NCBI GenBank assembly: GCA_963808625.1
Contig: CAWEHK010000008.1
Coordinates: 64,001 to 128,000, forward strand
Reading direction: 5' to 3'
Source of the DNA: an uncultured delta proteobacterium
GTDB lineage: Bacteria > Desulfobacterota > Syntrophobacteria > Syntrophobacterales > Syntrophobacteraceae
Length of the DNA: 64,000 bases
The notes under the pieces: generated by a model
The model's database searches: none
What the model saw: only the letters and a program-made list of their open reading frames with translations
Told to the model about the DNA's origin: nothing
Shown: piece after piece, positions 58,344 to 64,000 of the stretch
Position numbering within the stretch: position 1 is the first letter of the stretch
Layout of the letters: each line of letters starts with the position of its first letter
Program-made: the position numbers and the translations under genes

Positions 58344-58407
58344 GACTATGCGCAGGGAACGGCCGATCCGGATGCCACACACCTCCCGCACGATCAGCCG
58401 ACGCACC
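58344..58407 (+). pseudogene. 64-bp remnant of a decarboxylase beta-subunit gene
   Basis: About 52/64 nt match to the reverse complement of 527-590; RRERPIRMPHTSRTISRRT vs RKERAIRMPYTSRTISRRT. Confidence 0.8.
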
Positions 58408-58466
58408 GCAGCACCCTCTCCGCTGCAGGCCCCGAACTGCACCCTGGCGATCATCTCCATCCGGGC

Positions 58467-59480
58467 TCAGGGCACGTAGTCGTCACCCAGGGGATAGAAG
58501 TTGGCGTAAACTTTACCCGTGTAATCTTTTACCTGGCACCGCAACTGTTTAGTATTCAGATGCCAGCCACAGACAATCATCTCTTGTGTCTTCGCGTTGT
58601 TGTCGTAATTATCCCGATCCCAGCCATCCACATAGTATTCAGGTCCAAGGAAGGAAATGGTTCGAATCAGGCCGCCGTTATTGAGCCGCCTCATCTCGCA
58701 TACGAACTGGCCGGTAAGGCGACTGCGAGCACAGGTGGTCAGCTCGGTTCTGTTGTTCCCATCCATGTCGGTGAAATTGGGGTATAGCGACACCTCATAC
58801 GTACGATCCAGCATCTTGATGGTCACCAGTTCCTTATCTTTGAAGGGGTTTACGAGGCGAAAATAGGCCTGTTGCGTGGCGGCATCGACATAGGTAAAAC
58901 CAAATTCGGGCGTGGTGGAGTCATCGTCGGTATCAAACCCATATCCCATGAACCAATCGAATCCGGCATACGGGTCTGCACCAGGGAGAACAGCCAGGAA
59001 CTGGCCCTTGAGAGTTCCGGTGGCCATGTCAAAATACTGGCACTCTAAAGCATCGTCTGCAAGCCTTACCCCGCAACCAACAAGGTAACGTTGAGACTCT
59101 GCAAACCATACGTCCTGCATGTACAATCCGGTATCGTATGCTGGCGTAAGCACATCAAACCTATAAAGAGATGCTTTTCCGTGGACATTCTGGACCCGGC
59201 AGGAAACCTGGCCCGTCTTCTGGTCTTCACCGCACGTCATCACATCATTGTAACTGTCACCATTGGTGTTGATATAAAAATTGAAGCGGGGCTCGTACCG
59301 TTTGACATTGGCAGCAAAGGTTTCCAACCCACGATGCTTTGCGTAATGGACCACCTTTTTCCCCGCTTCGAGCCTGGTGGCCTGGACCTCCAGCCGGGCC
59401 CAGCCGGGCGCCGCCCAAGCCAGGCAAACAAGGCAGGCAAGCGGCAGGAGAAGAACGCTTTGTTTCCATCGTATCATCAT
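58467..59480 (-). CDS. Secreted repeat protein, paralog 1 (FG-GAP-like)
   Basis: Signal peptide ending AWA..GWA; Dx[DN]xD-type loops and paired Cys. Confidence 0.8.
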   Translation of the reverse strand: MMIRWKQSVLLLPLACLVCLAWAAPGWARLEVQATRLEAGKKVVHYAKHRGLETFAANVKRYEPRFNFYINTNGDSYNDVMTCGEDQKTGQVSCRVQNVHGKASLYRFDVLTPAYDTGLYMQDVWFAESQRYLVGCGVRLADDALECQYFDMATGTLKGQFLAVLPGADPYAGFDWFMGYGFDTDDDSTTPEFGFTYVDAATQQAYFRLVNPFKDKELVTIKMLDRTYEVSLYPNFTDMDGNNRTELTTCARSRLTGQFVCEMRRLNNGGLIRTISFLGPEYYVDGWDRDNYDNNAKTQEMIVCGWHLNTKQLRCQVKDYTGKVYANFYPLGDDYVP

Positions 59481-59580
59481 GACAATTCCTTTCTTTGCTC
59501 ATCTGTACTGAAGGGTTCGCGAGCTTCTATGGCAATCTTCTTTTTATTTTGCCCTCTTGAGGCTGATGGTGCCAAGGACC

Positions 59581-60594
59581 TCAAGGGACAAAATGATTAC
59601 CCAGGGGGAGGAAGCTGGTGTAAATCTTCCCGTCATTCTTCCTGACCTCGCATTTCAACTGCTTGGTACCGAGATGCCAACCGCAGGCGATTATTTCCAC
59701 GCTATTGGAATTGTTATCATAATTTAAAAAAGAAACGGAATTTACAGAATGCTTGGGTGTCAGCAGGGGAATAGTCTTCAACAACTTGCCGTTCGTCATC
59801 TTTCTGATCTCACAGGCATACTGGCCGGTGACGCGGTTGCGTCCGCAGCCGACGATCTCTTTTACGCCGTCGCCATCCATGTCGTACTGGTTAGTGCTGC
59901 CTGGATTAAACGCGTAATTGGGATTCATAACCTTTGTCTCCATCATTTTGACGCCGGTCAACGGATTGACGACCCGGAAATAGACCTGCTCAGTGGCGGC
60001 TTTGCGATAAGCGAAGCCCCACTCGGGCGTGGTCGAGTTACCGTCGGTGTCAAGGTTGTACCGATAGAGACTAAAACCTGAATTGACATCCATTCCCGGA
60101 GGGACGACCAGAAAATGCCCCTGAAGAACGCCGGTGGAAAAATCAAACAACTGGCATTCCGAGGCGTTGTCCGCCAGCCTTCTGCCGCAGGCGTAAGCAT
60201 AGAGAGGCAAACCTGGGAATTCCACATGATCGACCCACTTCACGATCTCATAATCAGCATTCAAGACATCAAAGGAACAGATCTCCGCCTTGCCGCGAAT
60301 ATCCTTGACCTGGCATGATACCTGACCATTTGTCTGGTTTTCTCCACACACGATCAAATCATTGCGTCCGTCACCAGAGACGTCCGGATAAAACGAGAAA
60401 TCCGGAGAATACCGCTTTACCACACCAACATGACCGTCGGCCGCAGCGCGCAGGTCGAAGTGAAGAACTTTTTGATCTGTTTCATCCTCGACGACCGCAA
60501 CCTTCGGCTGCGCCCAGCCTGCTCCCGCCCAGGCCAGGCAAAGGATGGCTGCCACCAAGGTGAGAAAACGAACACTCCTGTTTGCCTTATTCAT
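59581..60594 (-). CDS. Secreted repeat protein, paralog 2 (FG-GAP-like)
   Basis: Same length (1014 bp) and co-linear with paralog 1; AGGAGG RBS. Confidence 0.8.
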   Translation of the reverse strand: MNKANRSVRFLTLVAAILCLAWAGAGWAQPKVAVVEDETDQKVLHFDLRAAADGHVGVVKRYSPDFSFYPDVSGDGRNDLIVCGENQTNGQVSCQVKDIRGKAEICSFDVLNADYEIVKWVDHVEFPGLPLYAYACGRRLADNASECQLFDFSTGVLQGHFLVVPPGMDVNSGFSLYRYNLDTDGNSTTPEWGFAYRKAATEQVYFRVVNPLTGVKMMETKVMNPNYAFNPGSTNQYDMDGDGVKEIVGCGRNRVTGQYACEIRKMTNGKLLKTIPLLTPKHSVNSVSFLNYDNNSNSVEIIACGWHLGTKQLKCEVRKNDGKIYTSFLPLGNHFVP

Positions 60595-60755
60595 ACCGAA
60601 TGCCTCCTTTCTGACAAGCAAGCCTAAATACCCCATGCCATCTCCGTCCCGATCCCATGTCACCTCCTTTTCCATGGAAAGCGGGCTGTCACGCCCGGAA
60701 AAACGCTGAGGCGCAAGCGGGCGCCACCTTTATATCAGAGAAGCGCCACCACTAA

Positions 60756-60887
60756 GAGTCTGTCTCAGAAATCCCCTGCATCGATGGGAGGGACCGGGGG
60801 AGAGTAAAGGTACGCTTTGAACTGCCCTCCCATCCAGCTTCCCCCATGAAGCGTGAGGAGATGCAAGGAATCTTGAGATAGTTACTC
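60756..60887. mobile_element. Short MITE-like element with ~27-bp imperfect inverted ends
   Basis: GAGTCTGTCTCAGAAATCCCCTGCATC ... GATGCAAGGAATCTTGAGATAGTTACTC. Confidence 0.5.
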
Positions 60888-61153
60888 AATGACCGGGGCA
60901 ATGGAACCGGAGAAGGCACGGCATGCTTCGGGGCAAAATCGCTGGATGAGGACAATGGGAACACTGGCACGGTCGTGTGAACCAGGAGAAGCGGCGGCTT
61001 TCAGCAAAGCACTGAGTGATCGGGCGACTCCATTGGCGCTGCCCTCGGTTTAAAACACCTCAACACAGACTTACTGAAATTATCGTGGATGAAAGAACGA
61101 TAGTCAAAGGAAAACCCGATTAGTGCCGAGCTTCAGCCATGAATGCAATCAAC

Positions 61154-61239
61154 CGTCATTCCCGAAAGCTTCTGTCGGGAATCCAGGTTTTGAGCGTTTG
61201 AAAGCTGGATTCCCGCCCAAAAACCCTGCGGGAATGACA
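61154..61239. repeat. REP-like doublet
   Basis: CGTCATTCCCG..CGGGAATCCAG / CTGGATTCCCGC..GCGGGAATGAC. Confidence 0.8.
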
Positions 61240-61640
61240 GAATTGAGGGGTTTGGCTTCGGCATAAACCAGCCTTGGGTTCGCCTGGCTGAACAATAGCG
61301 CTAATCGGCAAGGAAAATGGCGAGCCGGGTGTGATCAGAAATAGGAGTTGGAAAACGCACGTGGTAATGGCGAAGGATGAGAGTGTATTGCCGATCCAGG
61401 TGCTTCCTGAGCTCAATCAACTGAATGATCGCCGTGATCAATTCTGGAAAAGCCGGCACGAAGGACGTTTTCGAAAAAATCATCGGGCTGCCACCATCCA
61501 TGCTATATGGTTTTTAGCGACACGGAGAGGAGGACCATGGCATGCAAAGGATTCTTGAGGTCATTACAACCCGTCCGCTGCTTAATGGCTTTTCGCATAT
61601 CTTTTGATCCGCCGGTCCCATCCCATTACGGAGATGCCTC

Positions 61641-62843
61641 ATGCCCTTCGAAAAGCGCCTGTTTCATCTTCAACAAGCCCTCCGGGACCGTGACTTAACC
61701 GGAGCCATCCTGTTTTATTCCCGAGACATCTATTACTACACGGGTACGGCTCAGCCTTCTTCCCTGGTCGTGCTGCCGGATGATTACCGGTTGTTTGTGC
61801 GCAGAGGGTATGAATTCGCACGCCGCGAGTCCGGTTTGGAAGCCGGGCGCATCGTCCCGGAAGGCAGCATCAAGGCCATTTGCCAACGGATGTTCCCCGG
61901 CACTGGTGGCGGCAGGAAGGTGGGGACCGAACTGGATGTGCTTACCGTGGCGCAATCTCACAGTATGCTTCGAGCCTTGGGAGATCGAGAACTGGTGGAT
62001 GTTTCCGGCATCATCTTGGAACAGCGCATGATCAAAGACGCGGGGGAAATTGAGAGCGTTAGAAAAGCTTGCTATGCCCTTCATGGCGGCCATTTGGCGG
62101 TGGTCTCATGCCTCCGGGCGGGTATGACCGAACTGGAGTTGGCCGCCCATGTCGAGAATGCTCACCGTTTGGCCGGACATGAAGGTGTTTTCTTTATACG
62201 AGTGCCCGATTTTGTGATGAGCCGAGGTCCCCTGGCTTCAGGACCGAATCTGCGTGAGACAAGCGGCACCGTTTACACGATTACCGGCATGGGATTGAGC
62301 AGTGCGGTACCGGCCGGCCCATCCCGCCGCGTAATGGAGCGCGGGGACCTGGTGCTGGTAGATATCCCCGTCTGTGTCGAGGGCTACCATGGTGACCAGA
62401 GTCGGACCTACGCGGTGGGCCAGATGCCGGAAGGAGCCGAGGACCTGTTTTGCCGTCTGCGGGATGTGGCGGATTCTTTAGTCAAGAACATCTCGCCCGG
62501 CATGAAAACGGGCGAAGCCTTCGCTCTGGCCGAGGCCCGTGCCACCGAACTCGGCATCGGGGATTTTTTCATGGCTTTCGAGTCCCGGGCAAAGGCGCAT
62601 TTCGTAGGACACGGCATCGGCCTGGAAGTCAACGAACCTCCTCTTCTGGTTCGGAATGGCGAGGTGGTGCTCAAGGCCGGGATGGTGCTGGCGCTTGAAA
62701 TGCACGTCATGGTTCCCGGCGGCTTGACCATCAAGCTCGAAGACATGGTGCACCTTACGGAAAAGGGGATTGAGCTGCTCACTATCAGTCCCCGGGAACT
62801 CACCCTGGTAACCGCAGAAACAATTTTAAGCCCTCATAATTAG
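61641..62843 (+). CDS. M24 (Xaa-Pro) peptidase family protein
   Basis: RMIKD..EI, GDQSRT, GHGIGLEVNE, LE..LED metal ligands. Confidence 0.9.
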   Translation: MPFEKRLFHLQQALRDRDLTGAILFYSRDIYYYTGTAQPSSLVVLPDDYRLFVRRGYEFARRESGLEAGRIVPEGSIKAICQRMFPGTGGGRKVGTELDVLTVAQSHSMLRALGDRELVDVSGIILEQRMIKDAGEIESVRKACYALHGGHLAVVSCLRAGMTELELAAHVENAHRLAGHEGVFFIRVPDFVMSRGPLASGPNLRETSGTVYTITGMGLSSAVPAGPSRRVMERGDLVLVDIPVCVEGYHGDQSRTYAVGQMPEGAEDLFCRLRDVADSLVKNISPGMKTGEAFALAEARATELGIGDFFMAFESRAKAHFVGHGIGLEVNEPPLLVRNGEVVLKAGMVLALEMHVMVPGGLTIKLEDMVHLTEKGIELLTISPRELTLVTAETILSPHN

Positions 62844-63037
62844 AAGACGCGCGCCAAAGGCGTCGACAGCTGCAATCACACCAACCTGAGGCGGAACAGC
62901 GGATGGGATAAGTCTTGAGCCTACTGCCTTTTTACAGCTTCGTCGATCGCCCCGGTTCTCTCCTCGCCCTGTTGCCGCGCTGTGCGAGCTTTGTCGACAG
63001 GCTTCTTGCCATATTCCTCTTTCAACCCTTTTTTGAA

Positions 63038-63104
63038 CCACGAAGAACATGAAGAGCTCGAAGAGCATGAAGAAATCACTTCGTGTCCTTCGTGTTCTTC
63101 GTGG
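63038..63104. repeat. CCACGAA/TTCGTGG inverted repeat family
   Basis: Tandem 9-mers facing TTCGTG repeats; similar element at 12648-12726. Confidence 0.65.
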
Positions 63105-63338
63105 TAAAAGAAGGCCTTCTATTTTTGACGCCCACTTACCGAACCGAAAAGGTTCCCAAATGTCATTTTGACCCCGTTGCGGAGACGCGGAGAGGGAGCG
63201 AGACGGGGGATGGAAAGACCTGGGGCGTCAGGTGCGGCAATAGGAAAAGGCGCCATGAACTTTCAGTGGGAACACTCCGCAAGCTTATCAGACCAAAAGA
63301 ACCAAAGTGTCAGCGGCGGCAAAGACCGGTGGAATTGA

Positions 63339-64000
63339 TCAGATCTTGATCCCGGCTTTTCGAATAAAGAGATCGACCACGATCCCGATGCCGAATGCCC
63401 ACGCCATATTTGGCACCGCCAGGGAAATGCCGCTGATCAAGAGCGCCACGAAGTATTCTTCATTGGTCTTGAGGCTCCTTATCAAAGGGCAGAGCTCAAG
63501 GCCGGCGAAGATGAGCAGCACTCCCAGAACGGCGTTGGGGATGAGGGCAAGGACCCTGAAGCCGAGTTCTCCGAAGGCCAGCGCCATGACCACGAAAAGC
63601 GCACCGATCATCACCGGCGCCCCGCCGGTCCGGGCGCCAAACCGGTAGTGAGCCGCCAGCCCGCCGGTGCCGTGGCACATGGGGACCGCTCCGAAAAAAC
63701 CCGCCGGCAAATTGGCTATCCCCATGGTCAGCGCAAATCTTCCGGCATTGGTTTTGGCCAGGAGCGGGTTATCGGGAAACAAAGTAGAGCAGGTGTCCGC
63801 GGTCCCTACACAAGCATTGCCGATGGTCAGTGGAATCTGAGGGAGGATGAGCATGATGAACGCGATCCAGAAATCGTGTAGCGTTGGCGACACGATACGG
63901 ACCTCGGTGGGGCCGAAAGCAAAGCGCAGCCCATCCTGACCGCCCAGGGCCAGGCCGGCTGCAATCCCCACGGCCACCGCAGCGAGGGCGGCAGGGAGCT
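63339..64000 (-). CDS. MOT1-like molybdate/sulfate transporter, 5' end outside the window
   Basis: LPQIPLTIGNA, PMCHG.GGLAAHYRFGART. Confidence 0.88.
   Translation of the reverse strand, partial: LPAALAAVAVGIAAGLALGGQDGLRFAFGPTEVRIVSPTLHDFWIAFIMLILPQIPLTIGNACVGTADTCSTLFPDNPLLAKTNAGRFALTMGIANLPAGFFGAVPMCHGTGGLAAHYRFGARTGGAPVMIGALFVVMALAFGELGFRVLALIPNAVLGVLLIFAGLELCPLIRSLKTNEEYFVALLISGISLAVPNMAWAFGIGIVVDLFIRKAGIKI

Noticed and set aside
58344..58407. mmdB-like fragment as a DGR template repeat
   Set aside because: Mismatches are not adenine-specific and there is no reverse transcriptase in the window

Overview
Chromosomal window (about 55-60% GC by eye) from an anaerobic Gram-negative bacterium; gene content suggests Desulfobacterota, possibly Syntrophobacter-like (inference). 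It holds a Na+-pumping acyl-CoA decarboxylase operon; panC-panD-metK-ahcY-mltA behind a probable pan RNA leader; a degenerate helicase/ATP-grasp pair; an M16 peptidase; and a small defence cassette (XcyI-like type II R-M plus a nucleotidyltransferase TA-like pair) between two diverged copies of one radical SAM gene. Further on are ilvD, amrS, DNA-repair and thiol-redox genes, lpxK, rtcA next to a FAU-1-like RNase, the DUF2760-Hsp70-Hsp70 trio, a two-component system, a ~2,900-aa SBBP/PKD/Calx-beta surface protein and two equal-length secreted paralogs. Intergenic DNA carries several REP/MITE-like repeat families. About 14 single-base frameshifts in unrelated genes suggest long-read assembly errors. 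No rRNA, tRNA, CRISPR, integrase or transposase was seen. Family calls come from motif recognition, not database searches.
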